Below are positions 51,346 to 64,000 of a stretch of 64,000 nucleotides of DNA, one piece after another. The position numbers and the translations under genes are program-made. Numbering within the stretch: position 1 is the first letter of the stretch; each line of letters starts with the position of its first letter. The DNA comes from Octopus sinensis (Eukaryota): positions 4,588,001 to 4,652,000 of the forward strand of contig NC_043004.1 of NCBI RefSeq assembly GCF_006345805.1, written 5' to 3'. The notes beneath the pieces were generated by a model. That model was given only the letters and a program-made list of their open reading frames with translations, was not told where the DNA came from and made no database searches.

Positions 51346-52959
51346 TATATATATGTATATATGTACACACTCATACATACATATATAAACACAGACATGC
51401 ATATATCTATAAACATGTCTATAGAAACATTCACACACATATACATATATTTGTATAAACATATATGTGTGTGTGTCTGTGAAGGCACATGGCTAAGTTT
51501 TTAGGGTATTCAGCTTATGAATCAGTTCGGTTCCTGGCAGTGCATTATGTCCTTGAGCAAGATGCTTTATTTCATGTTGCTCCAGTTCACTCAACTGGCA
51601 AAACTGAGTTGTTCCTGTAATTCAAAGGGGTAATACTTGCCACATTCTGTGTCTCTGAATCTCCCTAGGAATTATGTTAAGGGTATGCATGTCTGTGGAA
51701 TGCTCAGCTACTTGTTTGTTGATATAATGAGCTTCTTTCAGTTTCCATATATCATATCCCCCTCACAAGGCTTCGGGACTGTAGTGTAAGGCAGATATCA
51801 GTGTGCCATGCAATGGAATTGAACCCAAAACCACTTGGCTGGGAAGTGAACATTTTATCCATACAGCTCTGCCCGATCATATACTCGTATATATATAGAG
51901 TTGAAATTTACTGAAAAACAAAAGACAAAAACAGGTGTATGAAGAACAAGCAGGTGTATTAGTTTGATGCTCAGGATGGTGAGAAAGTCTTATGTTTTGA
52001 GCCTATGCTTTTCAACAGAAAGGAACAAGCAGAAATAAACAGAGAGAGAGAGAACAAAAAAGATTTGTGGATTAAGCAGTCAATCAATCTATCTATCTAT
52101 CTATCTATCTATCCATCCATCCATCTATACACACATACACACACATATATCTTGAAATAGGGCATTTTTAACAGTCAACAACTGAGGAGGGGTTAGACTT
52201 CTTTTGGCATTTTGTCCCATAGTTGTCTCTCATTATGTGTTTACTTATTTTTCACTTGCTGGTGATGTTCTATTCTTAATGTATATTTTTTGGTAATTCG
52301 TTTTGTACTTATCACTTGTGTGTCTACATAATTTTCACTTGTTGGTGATGTCCTGTACTTGATGTATTTTATATTTATTTAATTATACACACACACACAC
52401 ATTTATATATATATGTAAACATATATGTGTATATATGAATATATATATCACCAGCATTTACTGTCCCTTTTTCCATGCTGGCATGGGTTGGACAGTTTGA
52501 CAAAAACAGATGAGCCAGAAGGCTCAGTTAGGTTCTATGTCTGTTTTGGTATAATTTCTACAGTTAGATACCCTTCCTAATGCAACCACTTAATAGGGTG
52601 TGCTGGGTGCTTTCTACCTGGCACCTGCACCAGTGAGGTTACCAAGACTTGCAAGATAAGACTTCTCAACTGAGCTGGGTACAGACTGGAGAAAGAAACT
52701 ATGGTAGAGGTAGAAGAGCAGGTATTTTGCTGAAGAGGTGAATATATGACTTGCTAACCTGGAAGACGAGAGAGAGATGTGAGGTTTAGGTACAATGTGG
52801 ATATGAGACAGATTAGGAAGTACACTGAGTGAAAATAGTGTTACAGGTAATCTTATGATAATTGCTTATGTCAACTCAGAGTAACAGCTTCAATAAAAGA
52901 CTATATTTTAATCTACTTTTGGGTCTTGAGTACTGTTCTCTCTACTTTGTTTTGCACTG

Positions 52960-54790
52960 CTCTACCTACCACTCCACCCAATATCTCTCAGTATGTGGCT
53001 TGGCATCTAACACTCACCTTCAGATTCATAGAGAGCAGGGTCTCATCTTCTTTCTCCAACATGTCCTTTGGTCTAAATTCACAACCTCACTTTGTCTAAC
53101 TGCTCCAGAATTACACACCTCTTCCTCTTGCTCTCCCTTTTCTACTAACCATGAGTCACCTTGCAAACACACCCTCAACGCATACAGTTTTATACACATC
53201 CTTTCAATCACCACTCCCATATACATTCACACCTTTCACTTACCTATTGGTGTATGCACATACACCTCAACTCCTCTACCAGCTTATCTCTTTCACACAC
53301 TTGCACTGGCATGCAGATACACTTATTCCCTTACATCTATTCTTACCATATGCACATGCATACACATACCATCTTATCTCTTTGATACACACACATTCTA
53401 GCACTAGGACACCCATACCTGCCTACTCTTTACATAGACACATAAATGCAGTTACTGTTACTCTTGTAAGTACACTCTCTACTTATACACATGTATACAA
53501 ACATATATACACGCACACACTCACTCAGGTATGTGGACGTGCGCACATTCATGTACACTCACTCTTCAACACTTAAGCACTACTCTTTTTTGTTGACAAC
53601 TTTGAATCATGCCTTTCTTTCCCTCCCTTCCACCTGACACCTCTGTTTGACCGCTACTCACTCTTTAGCTTGCCACCCTCACATGATAGTTCTCTTGCTT
53701 CTTCCTTTCCCTTACTGTCTACTTTTCTCTCAAAAAGACAAATTTTGTTCTCTCTACTATTTTCTTTTTACATCACATGTATTAAATAAGGTTTTTCACT
53801 TGTTCATCACAGTTATTTCTTCCCCATGGATTTTACTGGCTTCTTCATCTCCGATATCTCTCTTCATTCATGGATTTTATAAGTTTCTTACCATTCTTTG
53901 GGTGCTCTACCAAACACTCTGGACCTTTTACCATTGTTGTGTAGTTTTTTTTTTTACCAGTTTCCTTGACTTTTCTTCTCTTTACAGAATCCGTAAATTT
54001 TTCCATCTTTCTCAGATTTGTTTAAACCTTCCCTCTTTGTGAAAAAATGTTTTCACACACCGATGCACTTTTGTTATGCACCTGCATTCACATAGTGTCT
54101 TCCACATTGCTGTTGTCACTCTTTGTGATTCACCAATATCTGTACCGCCTCCCTCTTGTTCCTGCTTTACCTCCTCATATTCACCTTCACATCACATCAG
54201 TATGCACACAGCAACACACCAATGTCCCCCCCACTAACCAATACCATGATACCTTCACACTTTTTTTTCACATCACTATACATATATACCATGCTACCAC
54301 CCCATTCCTTATGCTTGTTTTCAGACTCAGATATACTCTTATACTTGCATCTCCACACGTGCCCATCCTTCCTCCTTAACATAAAACTCAGCCCACATAA
54401 CAATTTTCTTATCTGGTTTCCAATCCTTTGTCCATTTTTTTTACTGATTATCATTTTTCTCCATCTAAAACTTTCTTCTCTTCTGATGAAGTTACAACAT
54501 CTGAAAAGTGTGTTTTTTCACATCACTATACATATATACCATGCTAACACCCCATTCCCTTATGCTTGTTTTCCAGACTCAGATATACTCTTATACTTGC
54601 ATCTCCACACTTGCCCATTCCTCCTTAACTCAGCCCACATAACAATTTTCTTATCTGGTTTCCAATCCTTTGTCCATTTTTTTTTACTGATTATCATTTT
54701 TCTCCATCTATACTTCTCTCTTATGATGAAGGACTAACATCTGAAAAGTTAAGAAATATTCTCTTTCCATTAAACGTTAATACCTTTTTA
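52960..54790 (+). mobile_element. Old Penelope-like remnant: EN C-terminus, long 3' region and tandem ~250-bp pLTR-like units each ending in a degenerate hammerhead
   Basis: HSTQYLSVCGL...REQGLIFFL..(GLN) at ~52970-53080. Tandem copies at 54263-54512 and 54513-54754 contain (C/A)TGATGAAG...CTGAAAAGT. Confidence 0.55.
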
Positions 54791-57604
54791 ATGTTCGTTG
54801 CATTTACATACCTGCATGACAAAATACAGATGTGTTGAGAGAAAAATTGGGTGTAAGAAGCATCAGATGTGCGAGGAGAGTGTGCTGGCATGATCATGTG
54901 ATGCAGATGGCTAAGGAGAAATGTATAAAGAAGTGCTCAATGCTAAATGTGGATGGTACCTGTGGAATACAGAGATGTGGGGGTGAAGTAGACCTTAAAA
55001 TGTAGAGACTAAGAGGAGGTGACAAATCAATTGATATGAATGATGATATACTGTGCTTGAGAAGACCTATTTATCTTAACAAAAATGAGGTCCTGTCAGA
55101 CCTTACCACACAGCTTACCTTCTAACACCCATCCCTCCAATCTTCTACCTGTGGCACAACCCACCCAAATACTATAAATTATACTATTTATCCACACAAT
55201 ACACATTGTATCCCTACTTTTTCTTCTTATCCCCTCCTTCTTCTCCTCCCTGACCTATTTCCTTCACTTCCCTCATCCAAACTGATATTTCAATACACCC
55301 AACTCAATCTCCATCTCTGATCATCTGTGACACTTTTTTCACTCTAATGCACATATCTACCCACTCACTTTTTCTGTTCCTGTATCCCTATTCTCTCTTT
55401 CATATTCACCTTGTACCTTGACCTAATACTCCTCTCTATTTCCAACTGAGGAAACCTGTCCCACTACCGTGCTTTCACATTTCTCAATACTGCACTCAAC
55501 TCAGTTAAAGGATGTCTTGTTTTGAGAGTACTTGGTGACCCCACCAGTGCTGGTTTCATGGAAAAAGCACTCTGTAAAGTGGTTGATGTTAGAAAGGGCA
55601 TCCAGCTATAGAAACCATGCCAAAGCTGACAGAGCTTGGCACAGTCTTCTGGTTCATTGGTTCCTGTTAAACTTTTCAACCTATGCCAGCATTGAAAAAG
55701 GGAAATTAAATGGTGATGATATGTATATATCTGAATATATGTATGTGTGTGGGTGTGTGTCTGACTGGCACTCATGCTAGTGGCACGTAAAACGCACCAT
55801 CTGAGCATGGTCGATGCCTGTGCTGCTGGATTGGCTCCCATGCTGGTGGCATGTAAAAAGCACCATTCGAGCATGGTCGATGCCAGTTCCGCTTGACTGG
55901 CTCCTGTGCCAGTGGCATGTAAAAAGTACCCACTACACTCTCGGAGTGGTTGGCATTAGGAAGGACATCCAGCTGTTGAAACCTTGCCAGGTCAGATTAG
56001 AGCCTGGTGCAGCCTCCAGCTGTCTGTTGTGACATGGTTTCTATGGCTTGATGCCCTTCCTAATGACAACCACTTAACTGAGTATGCTGGGTGCTTTTTA
56101 CGTATATGCATACACACACACACTTATATAGTTATACTTACATATGTTTATATGCGCAAACTCATGCACATATATATGGCTGTGGTTAATAAGCTTGCTT
56201 CCCGACCATGTGGTTTGGGTTCAGTCCCTCTACATCGTACCTTTGGCAAGTTACTTTCATTGTTCTTCCAGGCTAACCAAAGACTTATGAGCACATTTGT
56301 TTATGCCTCTTTATCTTGAAATTGCATATAAGAATATGTTTCATGCTAATATATCCTGTCATGTGGAAATATTTACCTTGGCTGGAGATGAATGAGGGTT
56401 AGTGAAAGGAAGGGCATCTGGATGTAGAAAACCTACTCTAATGGATTCCATCTACCTCATGCAAGCATGGAAAAGTGGATATTAAATGATGGAGATATAT
56501 GGTGATATTCCATGGAAAAAGCTCCATTATACTTTATAAAAGTGATTGGTGATAGGAAAGGGTATGCAACTGTAGAATCCACATGAAGGTGCCGAGATAG
56601 AGTGTGACACTCATCCAACTGGATATAGGTGAGGGTTGGCAACAGGAAGGGTGTCCAGCTGCAGAAAATCTGCTTCAACAAATTTCGCCTGACCTGTGTA
56701 AACATAGAAATATGAACATGAAAATGAATATGGTGATGTATGTATAGAACAGAAATGATGTATATATCATATAATACATAGTATTATATTTATAGGACAT
56801 CTATCTGTCTATCTTTAAATGCCTACATACACACACACAGACATAACATGCTTATTGTGAACTTGCCTACATACTCTCCTGTCCTGTCCTCTGTACGGCT
56901 TTACTTACTTTCACCACCCTGTAATTTTAGGGTATACCTTGACACTTCTTCACTGTCTTCTCTCTCCTCTCTTTTCCAACTAAGTTAGCCACGTATCTCC
57001 TCTGTAGCAAGACTATTTCTGTCCCTCTATCATACTCTAACCTCACATCACCTGGCACAGAGCCACCCATCTCAATATTATTCCCACCTCGTTAAAGGGG
57101 TTTTGTTTTGTAAGTATACCTGGTGACCTCTCTGGTGCTGGCGCTCCATAAAAGTACCAAGTGCACTCTGAAAAGTGGTTGGCGTTAGAAAGGGCATCCA
57201 ACCATAGAAACCGTGCCAAAGCAAACAGTAGTCCCCTGGCTTGCTAACTCCTGTCAAACCGTCCAATCTATGCCAGCATGATAATGATATACAATGCCTA
57301 TAGAATATATATGTATATTCTGTATTTATTGTTTATATTAGATGGATATACGTATTCTATAGTTATACATATAATTGTTTATATGATATCTATAGTTTCT
57401 CGTTCTGTATGTGTATATATACACACAGACACATTCTATATATATTGTTGTATACATCTATATATATTTTATATTTATACACACATATGCATATTTGTGT
57501 GTGTGTATATATACGCATATGTTTATATATATATGCATGTTTGTGTGTATATATATGCTTTATAATGTTTATATATAAACATATACATATATATATATAC
57601 TTAA

Positions 57605-57641
<37 letters not shown>

Positions 57642-58835
57642 TGTATATATATATATACACATACGTACGTTTTATATTCAAAAGGCGATTATGGCTGTAG
57701 AGTGTTACGTATGACTGTCTCTAATTTGGAATTGTAATACTCGCTTCCTGATACCTTACCTGTTGATATACTTCTGGTCACTATATACATAGAAGCTATA
57801 TGTATTCAGTTAATCATACGGGTATAGTGTATACTAGTGTGTAGGTGGTATGTGAACTGTGTGAATGTTACTCAGTGGTTCTTGTAAGCCAACCCCTCTG
57901 CATTTTCTTCGATTTTTGTTGGGTGTGACACTTCAAATACTTAATCTCTCTCTCTCTCCCTCTCTCTGTGTCTCTTTATCTCTCCCTCACACACGTTTTG
58001 GTGCTTTAACACTCCACCATATCTATTCCAACACCAGCAATGATCGATGTGACAAGAGCTTACGTTACAATAAATGTACCTTAGGGTTCTGACTGCTATA
58101 ATTAGTTTTGTTAGTTACACCGAAAGCACTACGGTATATTTGTATATATATATGTGTGTAGGTACGTAAGCCATCCTGAATACTAAGCCTTTGCTACCAG
58201 CACTTCGATGTTGTTTAATTAGTTAGCTTGAATCAGACAGGACATTTTTCAGTAGTAAATTTAAAGCGTGAAAAATAAAAGAAATAAAACAAAACTCTGC
58301 CAGTTTCATCTCGGTCTCTTTCTTCTGCTAGTATTTCTAATAACTCGGCGATGCATCAGATTTTAGATTTATCTAATACATTTTGTATGGTACCTTTGTA
58401 CTCTTGTAATGCTGTTCTTTGGAGACGTTCTCTCATTCATTTCAGCGTCACCATAGCTTGAGTCTGTTCTTGGTTTCTAATATTTCTTCCGATATTCTCC
58501 ATCTTGTATCTTTGTTAACGCTTCTTCCTACCTACAGTGTAGTAGTAACACTTCCTACATTTCTGTATCTCCATGTAGTATCCCTTCTGCCGTGTCTATA
58601 TTTAAAACATGTATCCCACCTCAAGCCTCTTATAAGCACCATGTAGTTATTGCACCATTTAAAATATTCTTTCTAAACACCTCTGTAGCAATACGTATTA
58701 TAATTTCTAACGCCTTCACATAATGCATGTATTACATACACCTTGCAATATCTCTTGAACACTCCTCAGGTAGTATCCTTGCTCACATAATGTACGCGAT
58801 TATAGTATTTCTTAATCGTTTGTGTGTGTGTGTGT

Positions 58836-58888
<53 letters not shown>

Positions 58889-59959
58889 CATGCACAAACT
58901 GCTGCTGTAGTCCTTCCGACTTATTTATCCACACTATGTATTTAAGTTTTTACATACTCTTTGTATTCATTATAACGCAATAGATCTTTAATTACAGTAC
59001 CTTTTAATTTTATTTTCTCTCCACCACTGAAGGGTGACCGCTTTATATATATATTTATATATTATAGATAGATAGGTAGGTAGACAGATGTAGTCTTTTG
59101 GTGAAATTACTCAAAACTACTTGTGTAAGAGAGAATGAGGAGTGACAATGTGTAGCAGTGCACACATACACATACTGACTGCAGTGTTGTGCAGCAGAGA
59201 AGCTGTTTTGTTGAATGGTCATTGTAAATCATTAGGTGTGTGTGTGTGAGAGAGAGAGAGAGAACTAATTGAAGCAAACGGTCGTTCTATAGTGAGTTAA
59301 TGATGATGTTTAGCCAGAGGTCTGTTCTCGTCAAACACCTATGATCAAAGGTGTTTCAGCACTTTGACTATCCTATCTTTTCGTATTTATCAGGGATCAC
59401 ATTGTCCTGTGGAATAAATAAATAAGACTGACAGGTCATATTTGCCTTCAGGTGGCCTGGTGAAAACGTTCACAAAGCTTACTCGACACATTACAAAGCT
59501 TGTTTTTGTCAAAGCTTCCTTTCGCAATTCAATCTATCCCACAAGGAGTAAATTGAATCCGGTCCGTCCGACAGGTTTCCTTCCCCATAGTGGTTGCAAA
59601 GCAAATTTCTCTTACATATGCATCCTTTATTTAATAGGGTAAATATATGATTTGAAGGAAATTTGGTTGCTATTTCCTGCTTGTCGAATGGCTACATAGA
59701 TTTCCTTCTTTTGCGATCGTGCCGTACTGTAGAGTTTTTTTATGTTAACACACGTATGTTTATTTGCACGTTGTCGTTTAACTCCAAGTGAGCCTTCCTG
59801 CCGTGACCATCCCGTCTATTTTTCAGGTTTTGCGTGCCCAGACAATCTTAATTCAATGTCTTTTTTCTAAGACGGTAGGATGTGACTTGGCTGCTATTTC
59901 TAGCAGTTTGAGTGACCACGTAGAGGCTCACTCGCGGCTCTTCTATTTGCACGTATTTA

Positions 59960-60350
59960 TGCTTGAGTGTGCGCCTGCTTAGTGTCCCCACTCCCGGTCC
60001 CGAAGCGGAAGTGTGGAGTGATCGACATCCAATCTCCAATCTGCCTTGTCTTCCTGTCTCTTTCCAGTTGTAGCAGCAGCGGCAACATTTATCCTTATTC
60101 TCTCTCTCCTTCCTTTTGTTTCTCATTACCTCCCGTCGCCGCCGAAGCTGCTATTATGACTACTACTAATTCCACCACCACCACCACCACTACCACTACC
60201 ACCATATTCTCAACCCTTCTCATTAGCATCGAGTTGTATATGTATGCATTTTCTTTCCTTACCGTCCAGTCCGGATTTCTGCACCGAGAACAAATACATT
60301 GAATATACCTGTTTCTGATCGTTTGACGGTTTTTACCATCCAACAGTCGA
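59960..60350. promoter_or_regulatory. CpG-retaining intronic element (possible alternative/antisense promoter or enhancer)
   Basis: ETS-type GCGGAAGTG (60005-60013), two CCAAT (60029, 60036) and GC/CpG-rich unique sequence in an otherwise CpG-poor background. Confidence 0.3.
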
Positions 60351-61186
60351 ATCTACCACCACCACTCTTACTACTACTACTACTACTATTACTACTACTA
60401 CTACTTTGACTCTCCTCCCACTTACTTTTGCATTAGTAATTTATTGACTTGTGGAAAAAAATTATTGTTCAATTAAGATTTTCTGTAGGCAGCCCCCTCT
60501 TCCCACAAAACACATTCCGATGCCCCCCTCACCTACTTTAACACTGGCACCATTACCTCATAATTACACCCCCCCTCTTTTCCAGCACCTAATGTAAATC
60601 CTTGTTGATCCTTCCACTTTCTCTTCTAAGACTTCCTATCTGCTGACCTTTAGATTCCAGACGTGGTCGCCCGAACTCTTAGAAATAGCAGCCAAAATGT
60701 CTTTCACATTAAATACCCTACTGTTTTAAAATAAGAACGATACATTCGTGACATTGTAGTTGTAGTGCATGAAAAAAAGGTGGGATCGTCACTTCTGGAA
60801 TGCTTCTAAAAATAGGGCTGCTTGATTGTGTCTCACCTGGTGCTAAAGACCCTCAACAACCTTCATTCTTCTTTGACTCTCCAAATTCCATATCTGATCT
60901 CCCTTCTTCCTTCTGTTCCACACTTGCCATGTACACCTTGGTTCTGTTACCAAGAAAATTTGCTTGTGAACATTGTGGTGCTAACTTTTGTACTTTTCTA
61001 AGAATTTACTTTGAGTATTTATGAAGATATGGGACATTTTTTTTTCACACAGGGATCTATTCAGGATCCATATTCCGCTGGGCTCTCAACTCCTTATTGG
61101 ATGCCAGAGCATTACAATGTTCATCATACACACTCCCACATCTATCTATCTATCTATCTATCTATCTATATATCCATCTATCTATA

Positions 61187-61305
<119 letters not shown>

Positions 61306-61464
61306 TACAACAAATTATGGACCCATGGCCTTGTCAGTTGCTATCTAGCTGTCCAACCCATGCCAGCATGGAAAATGTACATTAAAAGTTGATGATGATA
61401 TATATGTGTGTGTGTTTGTGTGTGTATGTTTGTATGTGTGTCATCATCATCATCATCATCATCG

Positions 61465-61499
<35 letters not shown>

Positions 61500-63699
61500 C
61501 TTGCTAATGTTTCTAGACATGGTTGCTTGACTTGTTAAATAGAGGAGCCAAATACCCTTAAATCACACTTCATTCCCTTAAAACCAGGACATATTGGATA
61601 GTGTGGTCCTTGATAAGTAAAATGATGGGATGGTTATCATTAGAATGGTTTAAGATCATATTCCTGTTTTATCAGGGCTTACTTTGGGCTAAACATATTA
61701 TGTTCTTAGCCATATATACTTCTGTGTTTGTGTCTGTGTGCACGGTAAAACCTGATGAGTAGATTTTGTAGTTGTTATTCACAGGGCTAGCTAGTTGTGA
61801 ATAGGCCCAGTTAGAACGGAAACATGATTAACTGTGAAAACTAGTCACGAAATAAAGAATACAACATATTGTACCTCTTGAAGAATTGAGTGTATTAATC
61901 AATATGTTTGAGCCTTGTTATTATGAACAAAGAACAACATTTATCTGTGTACTCTATGTATCTGTCTATCTGTCTGTTTATCTATTTGTCTGTCTGGTCT
62001 GTCTAGCTCTCTCTCTCTCTTTCTGACTATCTGTCTCTCTGTCTCTCAGTCTATCTGTCTGTGTATCTGTCTATCCATCTGTCAGTAAACTGTTTTTCAA
62101 ATTCTGCTTCTTGCAACAATTTCCATTGGCATTGTCTCCCAGACAAGAGGCTCAACAACTACAACAATCAGAACTAACAACAACTATAGCAGTAAAGCTA
62201 CACCTATTTCCTTCTACACTTGGAATGGTGAATGCTGCCATCTTTAATATACCCAACTACTGCTTACATTTTAAACACCATAATCCTCCTCATTGAAGGC
62301 ACACTAAACACTGTTCCCCTTTAAGCCTGCTATTTCTCATAGGTTACCATATTGGATAGTGAAAATGCATGAATGTTGCACCATCACATTTGCCCCTTTT
62401 TATTAATTTGATTACATCATTTTTAAATAAGATTACTATCCCCTGTATTCATTTGTTGTAGCATATAGTGTGGAAAGAGTGAGTGTTATGTTAAGCATCA
62501 CTGTTGAGGCTTTCTGATTCATCTGTATATTAATCTTAGTATTCAAGATACCTTACCTGTATATGTTCCTCCCGTATTATTTAGCCCTCTGCCTGTCTCT
62601 ATTATATATATATATATATCTTTACATACACATGTGTGTATTATATGTATCTGTAAATAATTAATATGGTTGTAAGAAAAATGAACCTTCTTGCATTTAA
62701 ACCAGCCATATTCGGCCAAAATATTCTGTCTACTTTATGTTCAACCTGGCCAGATTTGGCCTCTCATACCAATCCTACACTATCATTCTAAAAATTAACA
62801 AGTTACCTCATCATAATTTCAATGCTTACAAGATAATGCATGATTAATTCAAAACAATGTGAATAAATAAGCATTGCTTTTGACAGAATAATATGGATGG
62901 TCAAGGGTGAAGCAATGTGTTAGCATATCTATGAAACCCAGAGCAATAACCATGGGGTCCATATTGCTCGCATTTGTCAACAATAGACCTGGTTACAAAA
63001 TCCTTATAATAATTTAGCATGAGTAGATTAGCATGAAACCTGTTTGGAGACTGACACAATAGGCTGGCTGCACATTTCTGTTGAACAGGAACAATATAAT
63101 CACAGCACATGTAACCAGGTATGCATGTGTGTGTATGTATGTATATGGGTGTGTGTGTGTTTGTGTGTATATATGTATGTATATGTATGTATGTATATAT
63201 ATATATATATATATATATAGCATACATACACCATTTTTTGCTTTATGTCCATTTTCCCCATGCTAGCATGGGTCAGATGGAGAGATTTTAAAGCATCATT
63301 TTATGGCTGGATGCTCTACCTGTTGCCAACATTTACTTGTTTGCCAGATATAGGATTTCTTTATTCTACTGGTTTGGAAAATTAAGAACAATCACTTGTA
63401 ATGCCATGAGACTAAACATCACATTACTGCTGTACACTCAGACAGCGATGAATGAAAGCCTGGGCTGTTAACATTTACATGCACACATGGACACACACAA
63501 GTACATAACATGCTTCTTTCCAGTTTTTGCCTACCAATTCCACTCACAGAGCATAGATTGGTTTGAGGCTATTATTAGAAGACACTTGCTCAGGGTTTCA
63601 TGCTGTAGGGTAGAATTTAAAAAACCCAAAGAGCTATGAAGTTCTCTGTAGCCACAAAAGTACGCCTGTGCCTATATATGCACACACATACATATATAG

Positions 63700-63960
63700 T
63701 GAAGGTACATGGCTCAGTGGTACGGGTGTTGCATTCACAATAGCGAGATCATGGGTTTGATTCCCAGACCGGGCGCTGTGTTGTGTTCTTGAACAAAGAA
63801 CTTCATTTCATGTTGCTCTGCAATCATTTCGACATCTGACATGTGGCACCCAGTTGCACCTGTACAGGTAATGTCGATTTGATGGAGGGAGTGAGCTTAT
63901 GTCTACACAAATATCTGATCATTATAAACAGATCATCTCTGTGTTTGTTTTGTAAGAAAT
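63700..63960 (+). mobile_element. tRNA-headed SINE family D; related copies ~51485-51720(+), 6920-7070(-), 5500-5715(-), 13030-13215(-)
   Basis: Head TGGCTCAGTGGTT...GGTTTGATTCC; body shared with the other copies. Confidence 0.55.
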
Positions 63961-64000
63961 TGTCGAACCCTCATACGTTAGGAGAGTTCATTATATATAT

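Overview
AT-rich, repeat-saturated animal genomic DNA. The dense (TA)n/(CA)n/(ATG)n/(AAT)n microsatellites and tRNA-derived SINE families are most consistent with a coleoid cephalopod, probably Octopus (inference). Almost all ORFs in the supplied track are microsatellite or SINE artefacts. The only host coding sequence I can support is the first coding exon of an Abl tyrosine kinase gene (40810-40921, +; MGAQQTK...NIFAEHN, phase-1 GT donor). A likely promoter/5'UTR lies at about 38.9-39.9 kb, and intron 1 appears to run past the end of the window. The rest is transposon debris: Tc1/Tc3/mariner remnants, an RTE LINE, a HERO-like RLE fragment, piggyBac-type MITEs, a solo LTR, and many SINEs. Two things stand out. 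(i) A Penelope-like (PLE) system: GIY-YIG C-termini, minimal hammerhead-ribozyme motifs in several distinct families, tails-out palindromes, and a tRNA-headed SINE dimer with a hammerhead-like tail flanked by one 12-bp TSD. (ii) Two divergent ORF1 (gag-knuckle) non-LTR elements that sit at the same site in the tRNA-like head of the major SINE family; the complete copy has no ORF2.
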